From Azolla caroliniana (Eukaryota; Plantae; Polypodiophyta): 64,000 bases of DNA. The stretch covers positions 18,166,001 to 18,230,000 of the forward strand of contig JBHGNT010000017.1 of assembly GCA_043228905.1 (NCBI GenBank), written 5' to 3'. Position 1 is the stretch's first letter. Every line of letters starts with the position of its first letter. The notes under the pieces are model-generated. The model saw only the letters and a program-made list of their open reading frames with translations. It made no database searches and was not told where the DNA came from. This document shows, one piece after another, positions 22,001 through 35,454 of the stretch. The position numbers and the translations under genes were made by a program.

Positions 22001-24905
22001 TCAACTGTAACGATTCCGGACTCTCATCTTGAGTCCCGGCTTCATCATCCTCTGACAGGGTTGATTCAGGCTCACTGGCCTGATCTTCCGACATTGGGTC
22101 GGGATCGGAAGTCGGAGTCGGTACGGAGTACCAGGATGCCGATTCATCGATCTCGACATCCCGGCTAACTCGGACTTCCTTCGTCCGGGGGTTATAACAC
22201 TTATACCCCTTTTGCTCTTGAGCATAGCCGACTAGGATGCATTTTTCCGATTTTGCATCCAACTTTCTCCGCTTCTAATCTGACACATGCACATACGCTA
22301 TGCTGCCGAATATCCGAAGGTGTCTTAAGTTCGGCTTGCGCCCGAAATACAGCTCATGAGCTGACACCTTGTCACCAATGCGGTTTTGTATGTAGACGGC
22401 CGTCTGGACTGCCTCCGCCCAATAGAACCGGGGCATGCTCTTCTCCTCCAGCATTGCCCTTGCCGCTTCGACGAGTGTCCGGTTCTTCCTTTCGGCCACA
22501 CCGTTTTGCTCCGGTGTGTATCTGCAGATGAACTCTCGCCGAATTCCCTTCTGCTACAGATAACTAGTGAATTGGCCGGAAAAATATTCCTTTCCGCCAT
22601 CCGACCGAAGGCATTTGATCTTCCTCTCCGATTCCCGTTCCACCATCTTCTGGAGGCTCCGGAAACAGTCGAAGACTTCGCTCTTCCGCTCAATGAGGTA
22701 GATCCAAGTATGTCAAGTATAGTCGTCGATGAAGGAGATGAAGTATCAGCTCCCGCCAAGGCTTACACTTTGTGCCGGTCCCCACACATCCGAATGGATT
22801 AGATCGAGCTTGTTACGGCTCAGGTTCCGTTCGGTGGGGAATGGAAGCTGGTGTTGCTTCCCAAGTTGGCAGGCTTCACAAATTTCGGCTCTCCGGCCGC
22901 TGAACTTCGGCAAACCGAAAACGACTTGTTTGGTTTGCAGGCCTTGAAGCCTCCGGTAGTTGACGTGGCCTATCCGCTTGTGCCACAGGTCGATGTCCGA
23001 CTCGACCTTCTGTCATTCCGTGAACAGAGCGGTGCCAAAGTCATTGGTGTTGAGGATAAACATCCTCCCGTCTCTGCACCCTTGCACAATGACTTCGCCC
23101 TCATCTTCAATGAAGCACCCGAGGTGCGTAAACCGCACCTGCATCCCCTGGTCGACAATCTGACCGACGGACACCATGTTCTTCGTGATTGTTGGAACGT
23201 GTAATACGTTCATCAGCTTCCCTTTCTGTCCGACGTGGCTTAGAGGGACTTCTCTGACGTGCACGATTGGGTGAGGAGTGTCGTCTCCGGTTTCGACTAC
23301 TCCTGGTTGATCCGGTTTCTCCAGAAAGGGGAACCACTCTTTGTGGCTCGTCATGTGGTTCGACGCGCCGGAATCAACATACCACACTTCCTCCGTTTTG
23401 GAAGTGGTCTTCTTCATTGAGTTTGCCTTGTGATTCATCACCAAGGCTGGCCCCTTACCGGCCTTTCCGGATCCTCCTGATCCGTTTGCGTAGTGCAAGT
23501 TTTGGCGGCCATCCTTACCGGTCTTGCCGGATCCGGATTTGTCCGAATCGGCACACTTTCTCCAGCACTCGCTTTCCCTGTGGCCTTTTTTGCCACAGTA
23601 CCAACATTCCGTAGCGGATTTGTCTTGCCGGCCTCCGGCACCGCCTTGACTCCCCCTGCTTGTGGAAGTCCCGGAACTGCTGTTGGCACGCTCATAGTGC
23701 CTCCGTTCCTGCTCATGCCGGCCGCCTCCATTGCGTGCCGACCCACCTCTTCCACCACGCCCACGGAGCCGATCCGTTCCCGTGTACAGCATTCGGCTGT
23801 CCGGGGATGCACTAGTAGATGCACCGGCGTGGTTCTCCTCTACAAGGAGCATCGATTGTAAGTCGAAGAATGAGGGGGTATTCTCCCTTGTACACACCGC
23901 AATCCGGAACACTCCAAACTTGGACGCCAGGCCTCCGAGACATACCTGCACCATCTCATCTTCCTCTACGGTAACATTGATAGAGGCGAGCGAGCCGTAG
24001 ATCTCCTTTATCCGGCCCGTGTAGTCTGCCACGGACATGTTCTTCTGTCGAACATTGCTCAACTCCTGTCTGAGTTGCAGCTTCCGGGCAGTGGTGCTTG
24101 CGGCGAAAACCTTTTTCAGGTTCCCCCAAGCATCCTTCGGTGTCTTGGCGTCACGGATGTGGCTGAGCAGCTGATCGCCGACACTGCACGCGAAGCAGTA
24201 CATCACCCTGCTTGCCGCCTGTTCCCATACCGGGAAGTCCTTGTGTGCTGAGTCTGGCGCCGCATCATTCGCTCCTTCGACATAACTCTAGTACCCGTGT
24301 CCAAGCAGGTACTGGTGCATCTTGTAAGACCAGGATGCGTAGTTGCTCCTGTCGAGCTTCTCCACCGGGAGGAGCGATGTAGCCATGCCTCTATCCATGT
24401 CTTCTACTGTGTCTGTTTTCGACCTGTTAGGGTTTTCTTCTCAAGAGTAAATGTCTGCAGCAGAGGTTCTCAACCCTCGCGCTCTGATACCATGTAAACG
24501 TAAGTGTTTGCGGAAGCGTAAAATAGAGAACAACACATAGAGAGAGAGACAGAGAGAGCGAGAGAGACAGAGAGAGCAGAACACAATTTCAAAATTATAT
24601 CAAGACTCTATATACACACTGTGCTAAGTAGCACTATTTATACAAGTCCTTTTGGGACTGACAGAAGTACCATGTACTTCAATGCTCACACGAGCATCTG
24701 ACACTTACTACGAGACTATAGCTACCTAGTAGTCTATCCTATACTAGGCTTCCGATTGGACTTCCGGTTACGGATTGCACCTGGCCGCCACTGCTTGTCG
24801 GTTCAGTTGTTCACCGTCATACCGATCTGTTTCGCCCGATCCGTCTCGCTTACTGGCTCCGGCTTATTCAGCCGATCCGGCTTCGGTTGAGCTTGCCGCT
24901 CAACA
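19032..24905 (-). mobile_element. Ty1/Copia LTR retrotransposon (about 5.9 kb) nested in the Gypsy integrase
   Basis: TG..CA LTRs at 19032-19436 and 24493-24905; 5-bp TSD TCTTG; PBS TGGTATCAGAGC at 24481-24492; PPT TTGAGGGGGAG at 19437-19447. Gag (EKLDRSNYASW, CWYCGKKGHRESEC), protease (WYVDSGASNHM), integrase (AERKNRTL), RT (QMDVKNAFL, LYVDD) and RNase H (YTDADW, SSTEAEY, ADIFTK) in Copia order. Confidence 0.97.
19431..24398 (-). pseudogene. Copia gag-pol polyprotein with a few premature stops
   Basis: Starts MDRGMATSLLPVEKLD at 24398, with in-frame stops near 24288, 23013 and 22275. ORFs 23013-24206, 22275-22499 and 19431-22262. Confidence 0.92.
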
Positions 24906-27900
24906 TCTTGCATATCCCAAAGAAAGTTTTGTGTACTTTGCAACTCATCATGATGTATATTAACATCAATCGGGGCTCGTGGCTGAAAACCATACATCAA
25001 CATAAAAGGACTATATCCCGTCGACGTATGCTTGGAGCTGTTATAAGCAAACTCCAAAATTGGGAGATAACGTTCCCATTTTGTTGGTTTTGCACCAACA
25101 TATGCTCGAAGCATGTCCTCAATAATTTGATTTACTCCTTCTGTCTGTCCATCGGATTGAGGATGATCCGTGGAGCTCATGCTCAACGTAGTTTCTAACT
25201 TCTTAAAGACTTGCGTCTAGAAGTCGCTAGTAAACTTTGGATCTCGATCACTCACGATATCCATCGATAATCCATAAAAACGAAATAACTCCTCAACGAA
25301 TTGGTAAGCCAATTCAGGAGTTGTTACCGTGCTTTTAGTAGCAATAAATCTAGCCATTTTAGTTAGTCTGTCAACCACAACCCAGATGGCATCATGACCT
25401 TTTTGGGTGCGAGGAAGGCTAACAATAAAATCCATGGATATACTTTCCCACTTATTATTGGGAATGTCCAAGGGATGTAAAAGTCTTGGGCTTTAAGTCG
25501 CTCGGCTTTGTTAACCTGACATTGGTGACATTTAATCACATAGATATGTATGTCAAGATGCATCTTAGGCCAATAAAATTGACTGGAGATGAGAACGAGT
25601 TTACGATGTATTCTAGGGTGCCCTACTGAGGGTGCATCATGGCATTAAAAAAGAATCCTCTTTTTGACCTCGGGTAAATCTGGAACACAAACCTTCCCAT
25701 TATGGTAGAGCAAACCGTTAGCAATGTGGAAGTATTCCTTCGAGGATGTGGAGGTGTTTGTTCCAAACTCAACTCTTGCCCAGTATTTCGCAAAATAACT
25801 GTCATCATGATACTTTCCTCGAAGGTGATCATAAAGATCTGATGTTATTTCAGTGAAGTTAAGCATGTTAACTTCACGGATGCGACTTAGTGCATCAACG
25901 ACAGTATTCATGGAACCTTTACGATATCGTATGGAAAAATCAAAGTCCTGGATGAGATCAGCCCATCGTGCCTTATGACCTTTCAGGTCTTGTTGGTCAC
26001 AAAAATATTTCAAGGACTCGTGGTCCGTAGTTACCACAAAGTGATTTCCATAAAGATAATGGCGCCATGTTTTGAGCGCATGTATAACTGCAAATAATTC
26101 CTTTTCTTGAACGGTATACTGGCATTGAGCAAAATCAAGTTTCTTACTCTCGAATGCTATTGGTTTACCATCTTGATATAAGACAACACCTATAGCATAA
26201 TCACTTGCTTCGGTTTCAACCTCAAAAGGTTTTGAAGGATCAAGTAAAAGAAGTGAAGGAGCCTTGCAAACCATGTCCTTGAGTTCCTTAAATGTGAGGT
26301 CTAGTGTAGCATTCCACACAATAGGTTTTGTAGACTTACGTGTTTGACCTTTTAGAAGATCAGTAAACGACGTTGTTAATTGGGAGTAATTACGAAGAGA
26401 TTTTCGCAAAAACCCGACAAAACCAAGGAATGATCGAACTTCTCGAATATTCCGAAGAGTGGGCCAAAGCTTGATTTTCTTGATGCGAGAAGGATCAATT
26501 TCACCTCCTCGTTCGGTTATGAGATGTCCAAGATAAGTAATTGATTTCTTGAAGAACTCACATTTTGAGATCTTCGTGTAAAACTGTTTGTCACACAATG
26601 TTTGTAAAACAAAGCAGACATGTTTAGCATGTTCTTGTAATGTATGACTATAAACTAAAATATCATCCAAGAAAATAACAACAAATTTTCCAAGTTGTTC
26701 TCGGAAAATGTCATTCATTTCTTGTTGAAATGTAGCCGTAGCATTGGTCAAACCAAAAGGCATAACCAAAAACTCATAATGGTCATAGCGCGTACGAAAT
26801 GTCGTTTTAGGAACATCGTCCTCACTTATACGAATTTGATGGTAGCCAGTACGGAGATCAAGTTTCGTAAACAACCGAGCTCCCTGGAAACGGTCAATTA
26901 GATCGTCAGCCCGGGGCAATGGATACGAATTCTTGATCGTCACTTTATTCAAGCGTCGGTAATTAATACACATACGCCATGTGCCCTCTTACTTTTTAAC
27001 CAAGAGAACTGGTGCCCCCCATGGAGATTTGCTATAATGTATATAACCCATTCGTAAATAGTCCTTGAGTTGCTTAGCTACCTCATCCTCTTCAAATCGA
27101 CTTAAGCGATAAGGAGGTACACTTATTGGTGCAACGCCAAGTACAATATCTATACGATGGTCTATATTACGTTTAGCAGGTAAACCATCTAGTAATTCAC
27201 TCAGAAAAACATCACGAAAATCATTTAAGATTTCATCAAGTTGTTGTTGTTCAAAATATGTTAATTGAACTGAGACATTATCGATATTGTAAACGTGAAT
27301 GTCCGAATCAAGTACACAATAAAATAGAGTAGAACAAGACAACTTGGATATTGATGGACACGAGGAAACAATCGAGAGGGATTGTTTTTTGACACATTGA
27401 ATAAAATGAGTACAATCGTTTAGTACAAAAGTTATTGAATGATGAACCCAATCAATCAATAAAGAAGAGTTTTTATTATAAAACCAGGGATAACCTAGTA
27501 TTACATCGGTGGTACAAACATTCATTACATGGAAGTCTACTTCCTCTATATAAGCATCAATAGAAATTCCTAATGAATGAATCGCCCCGTTGATGTATTG
27601 TACTCTTCCATCAGCCAAGTGCACCGTGTAGGTGTGATCACTTACGGTGGGTTGGATTCCCCATATCTAAACCAAACGATCAAGACAAAGTTGTGTGAGC
27701 TTCCCGAATCAAATAAAAATTGTACGGGAGATCCTTTGATATACCCGTTTGCACATAGTAAATCATTGGGACCCAATACATAGTGAGGGAAAGAACATTG
27801 ACAATTACTTAAATGATGTGTATAGACCTGAAGGACATTAGGAATCTAACCTTTATGGTCTACATCTTTAGCTTTGTTGTCGTGCTCTTTCTGTTGGAGC

Positions 27901-28388
27901 TTTCGACATTGCTCTTTTGTATGACCCTTCTTTTTCCAGAATACGCAAAAAGGATGTTGTCACTTACAATCGTGATTCATGAATTCGTTGGGTGTCTTGC
28001 GTTTCCCAACGAATTGCGACTGCTTAGTCCCGGGCGCTTCATTGGGTTTGTTGTGGTCCTTCGAAGTGCATTAATAGCGAAGAACTATTTCAACGGCCTC
28101 TTCGAAGGATTTTGGATCCTTATCGTGCACTATCCAGTGAGGAAAATTTCTGACTAGAGAGGTTCATTAAAGCTTGTACTGCCTCGGTCTATTAGTCTCA
28201 CGTTGTAAAGTAATGACACATGCCATGAGAGCACTTTGAGATTGCCGAAGTTCGGTCATCTGTTGAGCGGTGAAACTAAGGTATTGGCTTATTTGCGAAA
28301 AATACGTCTCAATGGACATTTGTCCAGGAGAATTCCCTTGAGTTCCTTCCGCTTGAGCAGATGACATTGGGTCGTTATTTTGAGCCAT
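24906..28388 (-). pseudogene. Gypsy gag-pol (gag, protease, RT, RNase H, integrase N-part), broken by stops and frameshifts
   Basis: ORF fragments 28167-28478, 26989-27624, 25645-26973, 25217-25471 and 24803-25186 carry the domains in Gypsy order. Confidence 0.92.
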
Positions 28389-28736
28389 TAAATGATTATT
28401 TCTGGAAAAGAAATAGGATAAGGTCAGAGAGATAGTCATAACATCATGTTGTGATGTAAACATATCATGGGCGAACATTAATCGATATCATTATCTCACG
28501 TCAATACCCCTCTAGACATATGAGATGAGGTTCAAGATCAAGTTACTATGGTAACACAAAGGTGTTTTAAAAACCATGGGGGTGACAATTTAATGTCTTT
28601 CCCTTATCTCTATATCGATTTTTTCATGGCGGCTCCCCGAGGCTCAACCATGTATGTTTGCGTCATGAATAGTTTATACATGAAAAAAATGTTAACAATA
28701 AACTATGTTTCGGTGCCCATATATGTGGTTTCGGCT

Positions 28737-28880
28737 CTTTAAGTCCTATTACGAGGACCCCGAAGTGCACTTAGACCTTAAGTTTAAACGTGTGTTATAG
28801 TCATGTTGATTCTTTAAGTCCTATTACGAGGACCCCGAAGTGCACTTAGACCTTAAGTTTAAACATGTGTTATAGTCATA
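28737..28880. repeat. About 75-bp tandem duplication in the Gypsy 5' leader
   Basis: ctttaagtcctattacgaggaccccgaagtgcacttagaccttaagtttaaac[g/a]tgtgttatagtcat occurs twice. Confidence 0.88.
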
Positions 28881-30158
28881 TGTATCAACGATGTTGTATG
28901 GTCTTAGTCATATTTGAACTCGAAACCTCGAGAACAAATACATTAAACACTTCAGCCAACCAAGTAGATTGCTCTTCTTTGAATGTTTACTGTTTCATGC
29001 GTATAAGAGATATGCAAGGCATTTGCCCATATATGTTTTTTTAAAAGAAACATATATGTCAAGAGTCCTTATTTCGCCCTCATTTACTACAACTATGTTG
29101 GTACGTTACCTAACCTCAAGTCTCGTAATTACGATGGCATACGCCAAAGTGCAACCTAATGGTCAAGCCAAATGAGCCCTTTTCGTAGTAGGCCCACGTG
29201 GCCCATCACATGGTCACATCATTACGAATGCCTCTCGTAAGAATGATCTCATGGTGGCATCGTATCCATGTAATGAGGGAGGGATGTTGGATACGCGTGT
29301 CATAGGAGCGACCTCACATGAAGTGGGTCAAGCCCTACGTACTCAACATCATTATGGCTATAGGCGTTTCTTTACGTAACGAAATATCGAAGTCACCAAC
29401 GGGGATTTCAACAATAAAAAATTGTTGAAAAAAGGGATGGTGACAACGTTATTCTCACAAAAATGTGAGGACGGCCACCAAGATCCTTTCCCCAAAAAGG
29501 AAAACATTCGATTTAAATCACATAATAACTTATATACACATATGTATATTATCACATATATACGATCAACTATGTATACACGTGACCACATATGCCTATA
29601 TTAAACAAATCGTTATATTTAATAGCCAAAAATGACGTAATCGAGATACGTAATCGAGGCATATACTCTACGCACACGAGACATCCAAAAATAAGGGTTA
29701 ATCGTAATACGCAATTGAGGTATTGACCTCTTACGCATACGAGACCAAACGCATATCATTTACAACGAATCGAGGTATTGACCTCATACGCAAACGTAAC
29801 ATATGTTTGTGAACGTAATACGCAATTGAGGTATTAACCTCGTGCGCATATGACACTCATTACATATTCAATATACGTCAAATGAGGTATTGACCTCATA
29901 CACATATTTAAATGTTTTATACAACCAATGAATTACCACTACAACATCATTGAATTAATGAAAAAAATCTACATATTAACCATACACATGATTAGCTGGG
30001 AGAAGAAAAAATAGACAAAAAAAAAACAAGAAAGATTACCGAAGTTCCTTTGTTGATCCTTGTCTACATGAAGGCCGACCGCACGTAGATCGATCACCAT
30101 CAATCAAGAACACAAAAGACAACAAAAGAAACATTAGAAAATGAGCTCTAATACCAAC

Positions 30159-30228
30159 TTTTAGAGACATTGACTAATGTAAGCATTAGATAAGGATGGA
30201 ATATATATGAATAGATAGATCTAGATAG

Positions 30229-30269
<41 letters not shown>

Positions 30270-30644
30270 GTGTCGATCCACCCGACCACCCCCGAGCGAA
30301 GGGATCGAGACGGACTCGAGCCTCGATCGGCGACCCATACCACCACCTTGGCGTCGAGTCATACCTGGTGCTAGTGCGCTCGCTACAAGAGTCGAACCAC
30401 TCACGAACAACGTCTCAACGTAGTCAATAGATGATGAGATGAGGGTAGCTAGGCCTCTTATTTATAGAGATACCCAAGGCCCCCAACCATGTTCACACTT
30501 GGCCTAATGGGTTGTCTCAATCCCGAGGATTAAAAGTAATCCTACCCTTCTTTACACTCTTGTTTAACCCTCACACTTATCCACGTGTATAGAATACTAC
30601 GGTAAATTCTGACCACGGGATATTATATGGTCATGCTCGTAACA
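30159..30644 (-). repeat. 5' LTR of the Gypsy element
   Basis: Matches 18022-18487 with a longer (GA)n tract and is adjacent to the PBS. Confidence 0.93.
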
Positions 30645-33600
30645 AGAAGGAATATCCATGAAGCATATTTGCATTAACGCCCCCACTTGTATTTGGATAA
30701 GTTGTTCTCATATTCTATTGAAGAAATATTATGTTTCTTATAAAAGCTTTTTTTAACCATGTTGCCAAAAAGATGCATTCAAGTTGCTCTTGCAACACTT
30801 TACGATGATAAATGAACATTTGCATACATTGTGCAATGAGACATGAATGTTACAATGACAAACTAAAAAGTGTGTCAACTTATTAAATGTGTCACAATGA
30901 TGTGGGCACTTAACTTATATTCTTGATAGTAACTATCTTTCACGACTAGTTTATTGTACATCAACTATCGTAAAATATATCATTCTACTTTATGTAAACA
31001 CCCTAAAGATCCCATGTCTAATTCTCACTTCGTTGGGTAGGTAACACTTCACACACTCGCATGACAACTTCCACATGCAACAATCATGGAGCAAAATGTA
31101 AATGCATGGGCTGAAAATAAGAACAAATGAGGACGTCACAAGCAGGTTTTAGGCCAAAACATTCCATTGTGGACATTTGGCTACATTAAAAGAAATTATG
31201 GTCTTTTAAATGTTTGGGTCAATTGCAATAACTTGCTAGAACTACATCTAGTGCCATTGACCATGCTTATCTTTAAATTTCTCACCTCTTTCCTTACTCG
31301 TCAATATTAAGTGATTAAGTAGGGTTAAACTAATTTATATGCATTTATTTAAGTATTATGTTTGGGTCTTTCTTTGTTCTTTAATCAAGATTCACTTGTA
31401 GACTTAGGAGTGGATTGACACAACCCCTGGTTGTCCTAATAACAATGAGTAGTTTGCCTTGGATACATAGAGATTGGTTCTAGGCTACTTAGTAAGGCTA
31501 ACAAGAACTACAAATGGAAAGTTCTAAACTTCCCCACACGCTAATAAAACATGTTGGATGTTGTGGTGTTTCGTAGAAGTTCAAGCCCACCTAATGAGCC
31601 ACCACATGTAGTGGTGGTGTTATAGGACCTACAAGGATTATCAAGTAGTGTTTTAGCACCCCATAGAAACTAAGAAGAAGATAAAAAATGAACAAAAAAG
31701 CAGTAGTTCAAATGAAAAAGTAGATAACCAAAATAAATAGAGTGTGTAATATGGACGATGGTGAAGTTCTTGCATAATTATATTATGATTATGAATAGAC
31801 ATTGTTACATGACACTCATAGTATGTACCATGGTCCATAACAAAGACCCTACTTGAAGTAATGTTTTTCATCCTTTTTATAATCTAGGCTAAAGAGTTCA
31901 TACTAAACTAGCTAGTTGGGCTTTCCAGTCACTCACTCAAATTGCAATTGTCTCTTCATCCATTCGCAATGTTTTTGTGAACATTGCAAGATTCTTCATG
32001 TCATGTAAACAAATTCCCCACTTGAATCCTTTATTTTTCTCATGACCTTCATACCCTCATGTAAAAATGGCTACATCAAGAATTACATGCCTCATAGAAT
32101 TTTCCAAATTCCACATAACACATTTAGAAATGCATTGTTCACTTGGTCGGTAATGGGTATCAAGTTGGGCCTCTACATTAGTTGGTTAAGATAGGCCATC
32201 AATAAGCGATCTATTTTCCTACCACTTGATTTGAGTTTGGAATTTTTTGACGTTGTTCATGAGGATGAGTTCCTTTTTGGAACCCATCCAAGAATTTGTG
32301 TTGCAACATTTCAAATGTCACAAAGTTGCCTAGTACAATTTGGGATTACAAACTTGTCGTTTGTCCCTCTAAGGACAATTGAAATTCCATCAATTTGGAA
32401 TTTCATTTCATCAAGGCTAAACCACTAAATTAGATGATTAGCATTCCTTATAGAAATGCGCTTGTCCAAATCTTCATGATCCAATTCACTCTTTCTTGAA
32501 TAGGTAAAATAAATATTAATACTTTTAGCTACAATGTACTCACGTTAACCTAACCTTGCTTAACTTTGTGAAGAATAATCATGATTTGATACCGTTACAA
32601 TTTAAAAGTTTGTTGGTAGATTCCCATCATTAGATTGGCATACTAGAAGTTTCCCAAGCCATTAAAGATATCGCCTTACTTGCTTGAAGTTTTAAAATAA
32701 TGCAACTTTCATGGCAGTATTCTTGCATTGAGCAATTTACATATTTAGCTCATTGTGTTACTTGCTTGAAGTTAAAAAGTATACGCTTTTCATCTACTAG
32801 GAGTTTTCCCTAGGCAACAAACAAGTTACACATTTAGTTCATTAGTTTACTTGCTTAAAGCTCATAATTACTGCACTTTTCTTGTCAGCGGATCAGCAGG
32901 AAAATTGATAGTCTAGACTCCACACTCTAGAATTTGTGTTATGTGCATCCCGATCAAAGTATTCTTTGAATTGACAAGCTATGATTTCACGATCATTGTC
33001 TTTATAATCAAACCTTGTAAACCACGAAGAATGTACCTTCACAATGATAACGAGAATATGTATAAAATTTGTAAATAAAGGATGAACGCATGTATGTGCA
33101 CGTGAGCGTGTGTGGGTGTGTGCATGTGGTGTGTGATCACATTTGTCTTCTTTCCTCTTACAACTCCTAAATTAAGGTTAAAGTGCAACTATAAAGTATA
33201 AGAGAAACATCATGAATGAATCTTCCTTACATTGTGTCTTAAGTGGAACTAATTAAGGTGTAATGAGAAGCTAGATAAATAATTATGTCACTCATAATAT
33301 TTTTGGATTGTTAAATTGACATGCACATTTTCTTCTATGAGCATCAACTTTCAAAACCCACCTTGTATTTTAAGTATCATAATTTATGAAGTGTGTGTGT
33401 GTGTGTATCAAGACGATATTCACACGACACAAATTTTCTTTGTATGTATGCGAACATATGATGTCACTCATCCATTATAACATCAATTGAAACTAATTAA
33501 TGTGTTTGAGCAATCACCTTCATTACACGGTAGGTTTCATTTATGGTTTAAAAAAAACTATAATAACGATCCACGATATCTGAAAAAGAGAAGCAAAGTG

Positions 33601-34683
33601 AGTTTTGCCATTTTACTAAATGACAAAACAACACAAATATATAAATGGCAATGAAACTTTTTCAATACATGTTAAGTAGATAGCATGAAAATGAGCTGCT
33701 CAAAGCTACAATGCTCTCTTCGGTCAATTTAGTTGAGACATGTGGATTCGTTTGTCAAGGTTTGCCAATGATTCGGATATGATGGTTCGAGGTCATGGTG
33801 TCATTTATTGAATTGAGTTGGAAATGACCCACATTGATTATGTGCATAAGTGTGTTTCTTGTGGTCTTTATATGGTTTATGCTCCCTCATCTAAATATTG
33901 ATAACACTTTGGGACATGAGAATTGTGAATACGTCGCTCAATCATTAATCAACGACAATATTTGCAAAATCGTTCACTTTTAGTTATAGAAACATAGATC
34001 CAAAAAATGATATCAGAAGATGATAGTTAGTTAGTGGGTGTCTAGTCTTTCCCATTGAACGAGAGAAAGTAAACAAAAGGTCATCACTCTTTTACCCACT
34101 TTGATAAGATATTAAAGTTAATACCATGAGTTCTTACTATCAATTTCCACCAAGGGTCACTAAATATGTTGGCTTGGGCACATAGATGAAAATGAATTGT
34201 GATCTACCTTTTCACTACCAATATAATGCAACTTCTAAGTATATGACTTCAACGTCTATCATGCATTTCTAGATTGCATCCTTGAGCTCTAGGTGATCAA
34301 GGAAGATTATTGCGCATAGTGTTTTAACATATCATGACTGGTGTTAACGATGTCTTATGCTTCTTAATGGTGTATGTGAAAGGATGAAAACCATGTGTTT
34401 AATAAGTGATACTTGATCATTCCACCCTTGACACTAGTGTAGACAAGTATCTTAGTCATTTCCTCTAATTTATTATGTATCTTAAGATAAAGATAGTGGA
34501 ATATTGTAGTGAACAAATTATTCAAATGTAATAGGACTTGGTGCATGAAGACCAACTTCATCAGAGTTCACAACGTAGTGTAAAATTCCTATTACAATTT
34601 TAGGTAAATTGATATTTGATATAATAATGAACAATGGGTGAGGACTTGAAGCATGTCAAAGCTAACAACTTGCTATAAAATAT

Positions 34684-34768
34684 CCAATTCCAACTTACTG
34701 TAAAATAACCAATTCCAACTTACTGTAAAATAACCAATTCCAACTTATTGTAAAATAACCAGTTCCAT
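34684..34768. repeat. 25-bp minisatellite, about 3.3 copies
   Basis: ccaattccaacttactgtaaaataa repeated. Confidence 0.85.
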
Positions 34769-35420
34769 CGTTTTAGTATCCCGTACAAGTTGACTCTGTA
34801 AAATAGGTTTCTAAGCTAAAACCTTGACATATAAATTGATTTATTGAAGCAATCCCATGTGGGAATTGTCTCTAATTCCAAACATTTGGAAGCATGTTCC
34901 TTATATACTTGTTTGTACTTTGTTCGACTATAAGAAACAAATGCATGGCACAACTATTAAGCCTATGATTCTACAAGTCAATCTTCTAAAGCGAGAATTT
35001 GAAAGCACATCACAAACAAATCTCCAACCCGTGCTAAAAGAATAGATTGTGAAGTTATTTAGAAATTGTTGAAGGAGGTGAATGTAGTATAAAGTGGTCG
35101 TATTCCCAAGATGCTAAATCTTTGTCAGTTTATAAATTATTGTGGAATTAAGATGGAAATAACAAAATGTAGTAGCCAAGTCAAGTAGTTTGTAGCAAAT
35201 CTCTAAAGTACCACATTGTCTAGACTCCAAGATACACTTATAAAATCTCAAACACGCACATTTTATATTGATTTTAAGAGCCTTGGATACTCTACCTTTC
35301 ATGGACTTCATATTTAAATACGCAATATTTATATGCTCCCAAGATAAGTGACGAATGACTTCAGCTTGCACTTAAAGCATGAAAGTAATTTTGTACTCTT
35401 TCTCTTAAGAGTAATTGAAT

Positions 35421-35454
35421 GACGAGGAGCCGTACGAGGTGGGAATCTCACGTA
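35421..35454 (+). other. Fragment of an organellar group II intron domain V (probable tiny NUPT/NUMT)
   Basis: GAGGAGCCGTACGAGGTGGGAATCTCACGTA follows the D5 consensus GAGCCGTATGxGxxGAAAxTCxCACGTACGGTTC and breaks off before CGGTTC. Confidence 0.55.

Larger units (their letters stand above)
18022..30644 (-). mobile_element. Ty3/Gypsy chromovirus-type LTR retrotransposon, degenerate, interrupted by a nested Copia
   Basis: Two near-identical LTRs and a 5-bp TSD AGAAG (18017-18021, 30645-30649). PBS TGGTATTAGAGC (tRNA-iMet type) near 30145-30156; PPT AAGAGGGGGAGTA at 18488-18500. Domain order: protease FLFDSGSSHNF, RT (YPLPR, VIFLDDILVYS), RNase H (ETEASDYAIG, TDHESL), integrase (WESISMDF, SDRDPKF, HPQSDGQTE, GPF), chromodomain (IKW...DATWE). 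Confidence 0.96.

Noticed and set aside
19694-24000. Numerous plus-strand and alternative-frame ORFs within the Copia
   Set aside because: Shadow ORFs caused by high GC; no recognisable motifs.
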